Shown here one piece after another: positions 54,384 through 64,000 of a DNA stretch of 64,000 bases; positions within the stretch are counted from its first letter, which is position 1, and every line of letters starts with the position of its first letter. The stretch comes from a plasmid, in the sequence record NZ_CP010801.1. One strand, given 5' to 3'. The position numbers were made by a program, and so were the translations under genes. The notes beneath the pieces are model-generated. The model ran no database searches. It worked only from the letters and a program-made list of their open reading frames with translations, and was not told the DNA's origin.

Positions 54384-54398
54384 TAACCGCCCACTTTA

Positions 54399-55430
54399 AT
54401 GTCAGGAAGCTTAAGCTCTGTTAGTGTTTTGGCTATTCTCTCTCCTCTTGGAAGACTGGTTGAAAGAGCCAGGAATATTTCCAATAACCCATTAAGTCAA
54501 TCCCTCTACACTGGGCGCACCGATGAGTTTGGCCAAATAGAGTTTGCTTTACGAATGATGCAAGCTGAAACAGGCGCCATAGTAGGTCGCATAGGTGATG
54601 CATCAAATCGGCTTAGCGAACACACCCGAGGCCTACTAAAGGATATTGAGTCAAGCAATGTACTTACAGTTGAGCAGCAGGCAGAGACAGATCAAATAGC
54701 AACGGCAGTAAACCAAATGGCGGCAAGCATTCAAGAGGTTGCGAGCAATGCACAGCATGCTGCAGATGCGGCCGGAAGAGCAGACACTGAGACGGCATCT
54801 GGCCAGCGTCTGGTAGCCCACACAAGCCAGTCAATCACTGCCCTTGAAGGTGAAATTAGGCAAGCCGCTCAGGTTATTCATGAGCTTGAAGGTCAAAGTA
54901 ACGAGATATCAAAAGTTCTTGACGTTATACGAGGGATCGCCGAGCAAACGAATTTGTTGGCACTCAACGCAGCAATTGAGGCCGCGCGTGCTGGTGAGCA
55001 GGGGCGTGGTTTTGCTGTTGTCGCCGATGAGGTTCGCAGTCTTGCTGCTCGCACACAGCAATCGACAACGGATATTCAAAGCATGATCAGCGCTCTACAA
55101 GAGCGAGCGCAATCCGCTGTTACAGTCATGGAGCAAAGTAGTCGGCAAGCGCACACGAGTGTAGCTCACGCAGAGGAAGCAGCTACAGCTCTTGATGGAA
55201 TTGGCCAACGCGTTAACGAAATTACCGACATGAACGCGCAAATAGCGACTGCGGTCGAGCAGCAGGGAGCAGTAAGTGAAGACATAAACCGCAGTATTAT
55301 CAATATACGCGATGCTGCTGATACCAATGTACAGACCGGGCAGAATAATTTGCAAAGTGCGAAATCTGTCGCTCAGTTAACTAGCGCTCTGAGCGAACTG
55401 GCAAAACAGTTTTGGGAAAAACGAGGATAA
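54399..55430 (+). pseudogene. methyl-accepting chemotaxis protein, N-terminally truncated (HAMP + signalling domain only)
   Basis: MCP signalling-domain core ...[38 protein letters not shown]... No periplasmic or TM region. AT-rich codon usage. Confidence 0.6.
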
Positions 55431-55502
55431 CGCTTTTCAGTATCTCGACAGGGATAACTATTCTTATCGTAATGGCCACATTGCTGCGCTAAACTGGCAG
55501 CC

Positions 55503-57224
55503 ATGAAACCGCGCCCGCCTTCCACCCTTACCCCACCTGACTTCCCGGACGCCGCCTCTGTCGCCGCGCTGCGCGCCTGGCATGCCGGGCTCGGCTCGCG
55601 GCAGGCGGTGGCGCAATATCTCGGAGATGACAGGGCGCATGGCCAGTCTTCACGCGCCATCCTCGGCCGCATCCGGCGCCAGCTGGCGGCGTTCGCACGG
55701 CAGCGCGGCCGCGACGATCTCGCCGCGCTGTTCGAAATCCCTGCGTCCGAACGCGCCGCGCAGGGCAGGGCGGCCGACCGCGCCATCGACCTCTTGCGCA
55801 CGCTGCCAGCCCCACGGCCATCGATTGCGGACGATATTGGCCATTGGCTGCCGGCGCGCGCGGTGGCTGCCTTGCGGGCCCATGGCATCGACACGCTGGC
55901 GGCGCTGACCGTGCGTATCCCAAGGCGCCGCCGGTGGTGGACCGCCATTCCAGGACTCGGCGCGCGCAGCGCCGCGCATATCGAGGCATTCTTCGCCGCC
56001 CACCCGGCGCTGACGGAACGCGCCCGCGCGCTGGTCGTGCAGGAGCGGCGCAGCGTGGTCGTGCCCTGGGAACAGCTGCGGCTGCCACAAGAGGTCGATG
56101 GCTCGCAAGGGCGCTTTCGCGCGCCGCGGCAGACCTGCACGCTGACGGCCGACAATGACTACGAGGCAGTACAGGCCTGGCTGGCGCTGCATGAATCGCC
56201 AGCGACGCAACGCACCTACCGCAAGGAAGCCGAACGCCTGATCCTGTGGGCCATCGTCGAGCGGCAGCGGCCCCTGTCATCGTTGACCACCGAGGACGCC
56301 GTTGCGTACCGCGCCTTCCTGCGCCGCCCGACGCCTCGGGATCGCTGGGCAGGCCCGCCGCGCTCGCGCACGTCGCCGGAATGGCGGCCTTTTACCGGCG
56401 CACTATCGGCCCGGTCGGTCGCGCACGCGCTCTCCATCGTCGGGGCCATGTTCCGCTGGCTGGCGCAGCAGCGGTATGTCCTGGCCAATCCATTCGCGGG
56501 CATCAAGGTCCGGGGCGGTGGCCGCACCGCCGCGCTGGATGGCTCCCATGCCTTCAGCGAAGGCGAGTGGCGGCTCGTCCGGACCATCGCCGATGGACTG
56601 GAGTGGTCCTATGGGTGGGAAGCCGCCGCCGCGCAGCGCCTGCGTTTCGTGCTGGATTTCGGTTATGCGACAGGGCTGCGGGCGAGCGAACTCGTCGCCG
56701 CCAGGCTGGGCGATATCGGCGCCGACCGCGAGGGCGACGAATGGCTCCAGCTGACGGGGAAGGGCGGGCGTAGCGGCAAGGTGGCCCTGCCGCCGCTGGC
56801 GAGAACGGCTCTGGAGCGCTACCTGACAGAGCGCGGATTGCCCGTCAGCCGGCGCCTGTGGCGCCCGGACACGCTGCTGGTCGGCGGCCTGGGGGGCCTC
56901 GGGGGCCTCGGGGGTCTGACCGACACGCCGGACGCCGGCATCACGACCACCCGGCTTGGACATATCGTCAAGCGGTTCTTCCTGCTGGCCGCCGATGTCA
57001 TCGGCGCCGATCATCCGACGGCGGCAGAGAAGCTAAGGCGCGCCAGTCCGCACTGGATGCGGCATACGCACGCCACACATGCGCTGGCGCGTGGCGTGGA
57101 CCTGACCATCGTGCGGGACAATCTGCGGCATGCGTCGGTGTCGACGACGTCGGTCTATCTGCACAGCGATGAGGTAAAGCGGGCTCGGCAGATGGGGCAG
57201 GCGTTTGCCGCCGCCATCCCCTGA
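55503..57224 (+). CDS. tyrosine integrase with long N-terminal extension (573 aa)
   Basis: C-terminal ...HWMRHTHATHA...LRHASVSTTSVYLHSD. N-terminal ~250 aa includes an HhH-like segment (GIDTLAALTVRIPRRRRWWTAIPGLGARSAAHIEAFF). Gly-Leu repeat LVGGLGGLGGLGGLT. Confidence 0.8.
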   Translation: MKPRPPSTLTPPDFPDAASVAALRAWHAGLGSRQAVAQYLGDDRAHGQSSRAILGRIRRQLAAFARQRGRDDLAALFEIPASERAAQGRAADRAIDLLRTLPAPRPSIADDIGHWLPARAVAALRAHGIDTLAALTVRIPRRRRWWTAIPGLGARSAAHIEAFFAAHPALTERARALVVQERRSVVVPWEQLRLPQEVDGSQGRFRAPRQTCTLTADNDYEAVQAWLALHESPATQRTYRKEAERLILWAIVERQRPLSSLTTEDAVAYRAFLRRPTPRDRWAGPPRSRTSPEWRPFTGALSARSVAHALSIVGAMFRWLAQQRYVLANPFAGIKVRGGGRTAALDGSHAFSEGEWRLVRTIADGLEWSYGWEAAAAQRLRFVLDFGYATGLRASELVAARLGDIGADREGDEWLQLTGKGGRSGKVALPPLARTALERYLTERGLPVSRRLWRPDTLLVGGLGGLGGLGGLTDTPDAGITTTRLGHIVKRFFLLAADVIGADHPTAAEKLRRASPHWMRHTHATHALARGVDLTIVRDNLRHASVSTTSVYLHSDEVKRARQMGQAFAAAIP

Positions 57225-57226
57225 GT

Positions 57227-57260
57227 CCATCAGACCATCAGGCCATCAGGCCATCAGGCC
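57227..57260. repeat. tandem octamer repeat (CCATCAGR)x4
   Basis: CCATCAGA CCATCAGG CCATCAGG CCATCAGG, between the integrase stop and the convergent LysE stop. Confidence 0.6.
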
Positions 57261-57871
57261 CGGGCTGCCACCAGTGTCCCTGCGCCGATCAGCGTCAGGC
57301 CTCCCACGCGCTGGACGTTCGCCTGCGCTCGGGCACTGGTCAGCCGCGTCGCCAGCGATCGCGCCAGCAGCGCATAGATGGCGGCATTGGCCGCCGCCAT
57401 GATCACGAAGGTCGGGATCAGAATGCCGGCCTGAGGCAGGAACGAACGGCTGGCATCAATAAACTGGGGAGCGAACGCAACGAAGAAGACGATGCTCTTC
57501 GGATTCAGCGCCGTTACCAGCCACGCCTTGCCGAAGCGCTGTAACGGACGGCCCTCGCTCACCGGTACCTGGCTTGCGCCGCTTCGCGCGGCGCTCCGCA
57601 GCGCCTGGACGCCAAGATAGATCAGATAGGCGGCGCCGGCCCACTTCAATGCGGTGAACAGTGTGGCGGAGGTCGCCAGGACCGCGCCCAACCCGGCCAT
57701 TGACAGGGTAAAGGCCGTGAGATCGCCCGCGGCAACACCCGCCACGGTGGCGAACGCCGACTTGCCGCGGTGGGCCAAGGCATCGCCGATCACCAGCAGG
57801 ATCGTCGGTCCTGGAATCGCCAGTATCACGACACTGGTCAGCACAAACGCAATCCAATGTTCGAACGACAT
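57254..57871 (-). CDS. LysE/RhtB-family amino-acid exporter
   Basis: MSFEHWIAFVLTSVVILAIPGPTILLVIG... is the typical LysE N-terminus; ~205 aa, 6 TM segments. Confidence 0.7.
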   Translation of the reverse strand: MSFEHWIAFVLTSVVILAIPGPTILLVIGDALAHRGKSAFATVAGVAAGDLTAFTLSMAGLGAVLATSATLFTALKWAGAAYLIYLGVQALRSAARSGASQVPVSEGRPLQRFGKAWLVTALNPKSIVFFVAFAPQFIDASRSFLPQAGILIPTFVIMAAANAAIYALLARSLATRLTSARAQANVQRVGGLTLIGAGTLVAARA

Positions 57872-58118
57872 CAAAGTCTCCCGTTGTTTCGGAACTGCGG
57901 CGAAAGCAGCGTCGCGCCAGCTTGGCGCACCGTGCGCGGCAGTCATGGTATCGGATTTCGGTCCCAACGGTCAGAGAAGACCCGAAGGCCCCTGCGCCCT
58001 GTGCCGGTGGCGAGCCTGACAAGTCGGTCTGGGGCTCACCACTGGCATGCATCCTGCGTTTGTCAGCCGCTCCGACGCGCATTGACGCACGTCGGCACGA
58101 TAACAACGAGGGGACGAT

Positions 58119-59453
58119 ATGGAGCTGCGTGGGAGCGCGAACTGGAGGAAACCACGGGCCCGTGGCCGGCTGTGGTGGCATCACGCCGTACTGTGCGTCG
58201 GTGGCACCCTGGTCGGCGGTGTCGCCACGCTATATGCCTGGCTGATCGACATCGGCCACCAGCTGTTTCTCGCGGCAAGCGCCCACGGGCCGTGGGTCAC
58301 CTTGCTGCTTTCGCCAGCACTGGGCGCACTCGCAGTCTGGCTCACACACCGCTATTTCGACGGTGCCGAAGGCAGTGGCATTCCACAGATCGTGGCCATC
58401 GTCAGCGGCGGCAATGGAACGGCTAAGCCGCGTCTGCTGCGGCCGGCGGTGATCGTCGGCAAGATCGGCCTGTCCTTTCTCGGCACGCTGGGCGGCTTCA
58501 CGCTCGGCCGCCAGGGCCCCACCGTCCATATCGGCGCCGCGCTGCTCGTCAGCCTCCGCCGGTGGCTCCCCGGGCTGTCCGGTCCAGCCGGCGCCCATCT
58601 CACCGCGCTCGATCGCCAGCTTGCCCTTGCCGGCGCGTCGGCCGGATTGTCGGCAGCGTTCTGCACGCCGCTGGCCGGCATTGCCTTCGCCATCGAGGAA
58701 CTGGCGCGCGGCATCCCGCCGCGCGGCAGCGCGGCGTTGATCGCGGTGGTGGTCTGTGCCGGCACCGTGGCGGGCGTGCTGCAAGGCGAGGGTCCGGCGC
58801 TCGGCATGATAGCGGCCGGCCCGTCGGCACCGTACCGCATGGCTGTCGCGGTCGTGACAGCGGGCGCGGTGGCCGGGCTGGCCGGCGCCGGCTTCTGTTG
58901 GCTGCTGGTTCACAGCGAGCGGTGGTTGCCGCCTCGGATACGCGGTCTGCGCGCGCAACGCCCTGCAATGTTCGGCGCGCTGTGCGGGCTGGGCGTTGCG
59001 CTCCTCGGGCTGGCGTCATCGGGAACCAGCCACGGCAGCGGGTACGGCGAAACGCGCGCGCTGCTGGCCGGCGACCTCGTGCTGCCGGCTGCGTATCCCT
59101 TCCTCAAGGGCCTGTCCTTGCTGCTGACCTGGCTGTCCGGCATTCCGGGCGGCCTGTTCGTGCCATCGCTGGCCATCGGCGCAGGGATCGGCAACCTGCT
59201 CCAATACACGATCGGGCAGGCACCTTTGCCGGTGTACGCGGCACTGGCGATGTGCGGCTATCTTGCCGCGGTGACGCAGCGCCCGGTCACGGCTTTCGTG
59301 GTGATGATCGAACTGGTGGGAGCGCGCGGCCTGACGATTCCGCTGATGGCTACCGCGTTGATCGCGGCCGGCGTATCGAGGATGGCGGTGCCGCCCTTGT
59401 ATGCAGCGCTGTCGGGGCGCTATGCGCCCGCGACAGCCACGGGCAGTATGTAA
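58119..59453 (+). CDS. ClC-family chloride channel / H+-Cl- antiporter
   Basis: Selectivity-filter motifs GSGIPQ, GRQGP (GK/REGP) and GIPGGLFVP (GxFxP) are all present. Confidence 0.8.
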   Translation: MELRGSANWRKPRARGRLWWHHAVLCVGGTLVGGVATLYAWLIDIGHQLFLAASAHGPWVTLLLSPALGALAVWLTHRYFDGAEGSGIPQIVAIVSGGNGTAKPRLLRPAVIVGKIGLSFLGTLGGFTLGRQGPTVHIGAALLVSLRRWLPGLSGPAGAHLTALDRQLALAGASAGLSAAFCTPLAGIAFAIEELARGIPPRGSAALIAVVVCAGTVAGVLQGEGPALGMIAAGPSAPYRMAVAVVTAGAVAGLAGAGFCWLLVHSERWLPPRIRGLRAQRPAMFGALCGLGVALLGLASSGTSHGSGYGETRALLAGDLVLPAAYPFLKGLSLLLTWLSGIPGGLFVPSLAIGAGIGNLLQYTIGQAPLPVYAALAMCGYLAAVTQRPVTAFVVMIELVGARGLTIPLMATALIAAGVSRMAVPPLYAALSGRYAPATATGSM

Positions 59454-59539
59454 GAGGAAGTAGCGGGTGGCACGGCAGGCTGGATTGCCGCCGCCTCGCG
59501 CCCTCCCCGTCGGGAAGGGCGGAGGCCAGCGGCAGCCGC

Positions 59540-60226
59540 TCAAGCGCGATCCTGGCCTCGGACCCAATCGGCCAGCGTTTCCAGCGACTCGACCTGGACA
59601 TCCGGCCGCGCACCCAGCTCGTCGTAGGTGTTGCCCACGCGATTGATCCACGCCACCTGGTAACCGAAGTGCTTGGCCCCTGATGCGTCCCAGGCGTTCG
59701 ACGAGACGAACAGCATGTTGTCGCGCGCCAGGCCCATGGTCTTTTCGGGCAGCGCATAGACCTTGCCGTGCGGCTTGAACACTTCGACGTTATCGACGCT
59801 GATCAGATGGGCGAAGCGATCCTGCAGCCCCGCGTGGTGCACGACCGAATGAATCGACCGTACCGAGCCGTTGGACAGGATGGCCAGCGGAAGATCGAGC
59901 GCCTGAAGCATCGACAGGGCCGGCGGAGTATCCGGGTAGGGATTCAGCTTCAGGTACGCCTCGCACAACGCCGCGCGGTCCGGCGCCTGCAGCTGCAGCC
60001 CGAGATGGTTGCAGGTATAGACCAGCGCGTCCTCGGTGGCAGCCTCGAACGACAGGTACTGGCCCATCAGGCTGCGCAGCCAGGTGTATTCCAGTTGCTT
60101 CTGGCGCCACAGCACGCTGATCTCCAGTCCGCGTCCCGGATACAGGTCGCTGCAGCGGCCGGCTACCGAATGCACGTCGAACAGCGTGCCGTAGAGATCG
60201 AACACTACACCTTTGATTGCTTTCAT
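59540..60226 (-). CDS. L-2-haloacid dehalogenase (HAD superfamily, type II)
   Basis: N-terminal VVFDLYGTLFDV (nucleophile Asp), ...ILSNGS..., and a C-terminal FVSSNAWDASGAKHFG motif; 228 aa. Confidence 0.7.
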   Translation of the reverse strand: MKAIKGVVFDLYGTLFDVHSVAGRCSDLYPGRGLEISVLWRQKQLEYTWLRSLMGQYLSFEAATEDALVYTCNHLGLQLQAPDRAALCEAYLKLNPYPDTPPALSMLQALDLPLAILSNGSVRSIHSVVHHAGLQDRFAHLISVDNVEVFKPHGKVYALPEKTMGLARDNMLFVSSNAWDASGAKHFGYQVAWINRVGNTYDELGARPDVQVESLETLADWVRGQDRA

Positions 60227-60332
60227 CGTAAATCCCCAGTAATGGAGCGGGCAATGTGCCCGCGGGTCAGTCTTGCCCGCGCCGACCGTGGACGGCGCCG
60301 GCATGTACATGGATCGGGTGGAACCAGCGGGA

Positions 60333-61889
60333 TCAGTCCGCCGGCACAACAGGAGCCGGCGGAGCATCCGGCCTGGCCCCGGTATGCGCCTGGAAGACGA
60401 AGGCGTCGAAGCGGGCCTCGTGCTCGGCGCTGCGCCGGCTCAGCATCGTGCCAAGCCATGCGCCGAGGAAGCCGATCGGCATGCTCAGGATCGTTGGATT
60501 CACGATCGGAAACAGCGCCTGGTCCTTCAGGAACGCCGGGCCGAGAAACGCCAGCGCGACCGACGAAACCAGGCCCGCGGTGACGCCACCGATCACACCG
60601 GCGGTATTGAAGCGGCGCCAGAACATCGACAGCAGGATGATGGGGAAATTGGCCGACGCCGCGATCGCGATGGCCAGGATCACCAGCACGCCCACATTGA
60701 TGCCCTGCGCCAGCAGTCCCAGCGCGACCGCCAGCACGCCCACGCCCAACGTGGCGATGCGCGCGACGCGGACCTGCTGCTCTTCGCTGACCGCGCCCCG
60801 GCGAATCACATTCACATACAGGTCGTGCGCGATGGCGCCCGACGACGCGAGCGTGAGTCCGGCCACCACGGCGAGAATGGCGGCGAAGGCCACGGCACAG
60901 ATACATGCCAGGAAGAACTGGCCGCCGAAGGTGCCGGGACCGCCGCCGAGATGCTGCGCCAGCAGCGGCAGTGCCAGGTTGCCGCCCTTGTCGGCCGCGC
61001 GGATGGCGTCCTGTCCCACGAGGGTGGCCGACGCGAAGCCGATCAGCGTGGTGACCAGGAAGAAGCTGCCGGCCAGGAACATCAGCCACAGCACCGACTT
61101 GCGCGCTGTCCGCGCATCCGGCACGGTGTAGAAGCGCGTCATGATGTGAGGCAGGCCGGCGACGCCGAACATGAACGACAGGAACAGCGATAGCGGGTCC
61201 AGCGGATGCTTGAAGTAGCCGCCCGGCAACAGCATCTGCGCGCCATACTGCTGCTCCACCGAAGCGAACAGCCGCAGCGGGTCGTATTGGACAGCAGCCA
61301 GCAGCATCGCCACCAGCACGGCAGCCGCCGCGAGCAGCAGAACGGCCTTGATGATCTGCACCCACGTGGTGGCGATCATGCCGCCGAACAGCACATACAC
61401 GATCATCCCGACGCCAACCATGACCACGGCGGACTCGTACGAGATGCCGAGCATCAGCTTGATCAGGGCGCCGGCCCCTGCCATCTGCGGCACCATGTAT
61501 GCCAGGTTGACCACGAAGGTCCCGATGACCGCCGCGAGCCGCGCATGCCGGCTGCGCATGCGTTCGGCGATCACGTCGCCATAGGTGAACCTGCCGGTAT
61601 TGCGCACCGGCTCGGCCACCACCATCAGTACGATCAGGAAGGCTGCCAGCGCCGCCACCGCGTAGAGCGAGCCGTCCATGCCGTACAGCGAGATCAGGCC
61701 CGAGAAGCCCAGGAAAGCCGCCGCACTCATCCAGTCCCCTGCCAGGGCGAAGCCGTTGGCGCGGGCCGTCAGTTTCCCGCCGGCGGCGTAGAACTCGCTG
61801 GTGGTATTGGTGTGGCGGGCGGCCCACCACGTCACCGCCAGCGTCAGCGCGAGAATGCCGAGGAAGATTCCGATGGTCAGGGCTTTCAT
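60333..61889 (-). CDS. actP: cation/acetate symporter ActP (SSS family)
   Basis: 518 aa, 13-14 TM segments, N-terminus FYAAGGKLT...; preceded by a DUF485 (yjcH-like) gene with a 4-nt overlap. Confidence 0.7.
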   Translation of the reverse strand: MKALTIGIFLGILALTLAVTWWAARHTNTTSEFYAAGGKLTARANGFALAGDWMSAAAFLGFSGLISLYGMDGSLYAVAALAAFLIVLMVVAEPVRNTGRFTYGDVIAERMRSRHARLAAVIGTFVVNLAYMVPQMAGAGALIKLMLGISYESAVVMVGVGMIVYVLFGGMIATTWVQIIKAVLLLAAAAVLVAMLLAAVQYDPLRLFASVEQQYGAQMLLPGGYFKHPLDPLSLFLSFMFGVAGLPHIMTRFYTVPDARTARKSVLWLMFLAGSFFLVTTLIGFASATLVGQDAIRAADKGGNLALPLLAQHLGGGPGTFGGQFFLACICAVAFAAILAVVAGLTLASSGAIAHDLYVNVIRRGAVSEEQQVRVARIATLGVGVLAVALGLLAQGINVGVLVILAIAIAASANFPIILLSMFWRRFNTAGVIGGVTAGLVSSVALAFLGPAFLKDQALFPIVNPTILSMPIGFLGAWLGTMLSRRSAEHEARFDAFVFQAHTGARPDAPPAPVVPAD

Positions 61890-62278
61890 GACTGGCTCCT
61901 GGCGTGGGCCTCGGCTGCGGCGCGATCCGCGAGTTCCTCGAAGCGTCGGTTGGCGGTGTTCACATACACGGTGGCGACCAGCCAGCACAGGGCGTAGATC
62001 AGCAGGATCAGCACGTACCCCACGTTCAGCGGTCCAAGCACCTTCCAGCCCATCAGCTCCCGGCCGTAACCGGCGAGTAGGGTGACGGCAAGGATGAAGG
62101 CCAGACTGCCGCCAAGCAGCGGCACGACCAGGCGCCGCTTGGCGCCGATCAGTTCGCGGAAGCTGTGCGTGTATGCCGCACCGCGCCACGGCGGACCCGA
62201 CGCGATAGCCTCTGGGGTGCGAGTCGTTTGCGCGACGTGCGCGGCCGGACAGACCGCGTCCTCCGATAGTTCGATCAT
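61886..62278 (-). CDS. DUF485 (YjcH-like) membrane protein
   Basis: ~130 aa, two TM helices; sits in the yjcH-actP arrangement. Confidence 0.6.
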   Translation of the reverse strand: MIELSEDAVCPAAHVAQTTRTPEAIASGPPWRGAAYTHSFRELIGAKRRLVVPLLGGSLAFILAVTLLAGYGRELMGWKVLGPLNVGYVLILLIYALCWLVATVYVNTANRRFEELADRAAAEAHARSQS

Positions 62279-62615
62279 GGTTGTCTCCTGGATTGCGCCC
62301 GTTCAGGCGGGCGTGATTTGTTGGCGCCGCACAGCCGGCAGACGCGGCGTCCTGGCGCCGACGTCCCTTGAGCAAGCGGCATGCCGACGTGCGAGCCACG
62401 GCGCCCCGGCGCTGCCAATGCCCACGCGCGATCGAATCGCGGCACGGCCGCACGCTGGGCGCGCATGCCGGCCCGGTAACGCGAACCGCTTTTGACGGCG
62501 CCTGATTCAGATATGAATCAGCGGCGGGCGGGCGTGGCGGCTTTCGAACCCGCAACGACGTGGTGTAAGCTCGCCGCACGGCCCGACGGACAAGTGGCCT
62601 GGGGAAAACAAGCCA

Positions 62616-64000
<1,385 letters not shown>

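Noticed and set aside
60227-60262. Sigma-54 (-24/-12) promoter upstream of the dehalogenase
   Set aside because: The GGGCACATTGCCC segment has GG and GC too close together for TGGCAC-N5-TTGC. It is better described as a small palindrome. No confident -24/-12 element was seen in this short spacer.
60223-61830. 535-aa minus-strand ORF overlapping actP
   Set aside because: Alternate frame of the actP gene. Its translation is Arg/Gly-rich with no membrane segments, while the actP frame gives a clean SSS-family transporter.

Overview
High-GC (~65%) Burkholderiales-type DNA; the gene content most resembles Cupriavidus/Ralstonia metal-resistance accessory regions. The window is a mosaic accessory region. 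(1) 1-17.3 kb is an integrative-element or phage-like interior made of small transcription units, mostly hypothetical proteins. It also carries a 604-aa N6-adenine DNA methyltransferase, a DnaB-type helicase, an AP-endonuclease-2-fold TIM-barrel protein, holin-sized membrane proteins and a lytic transglycosylase. Many of these units share the layout 'terminator - conserved ~45-nt upstream element - RBS - gene'; the element recurs 9 times on both strands. (2) Tandem tRNA 3'-end (T-arm) fragments at 17.28-17.36 kb look like attachment-site remnants. (3) A DUF559 protein, an HU-like protein and a KfrA-like protein sit beside a cnrYXH-CBA-like Co/Ni HME-RND efflux locus that runs straight into a chromate cluster (ChrB/ChrA/SOD-ChrC/ChrB-C-terminal-domain protein), followed by exported proteins, an MFS transporter and a YVTN beta-propeller protein. 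(4) A Tn21-type 38-bp IR lies next to a serine recombinase, followed by HepT/MntA, AraC, AhpD-like, a cytochrome P460-like gene whose expected ATG is ACG, and a frameshifted UDG gene. (5) An 8.2-kb Tn3-family transposon with Tn4651-like 40-bp IRs and a 5-bp AACCC target duplication has split a LysR gene that is divergent from argC. Its cargo is a KfrA-like protein, a DUF2807 protein, a ParD/ParE pair, a tyrosine recombinase, TnpC-like and TnpA. (6) A lower-GC junk zone holds an OmpA fragment, a DPPY methyltransferase truncated by an IS30-family IS, and an N-truncated MCP, followed by a 573-aa tyrosine integrase. (7) Chromosome-like cargo follows: LysE exporter, ClC channel, L-2-haloacid dehalogenase, ActP/YjcH and a partial sigma-54 regulator. 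No rRNA, intact tRNA or CRISPR array was seen. Every functional call is inferred from motifs visible in the translated ORFs; no database search was possible.
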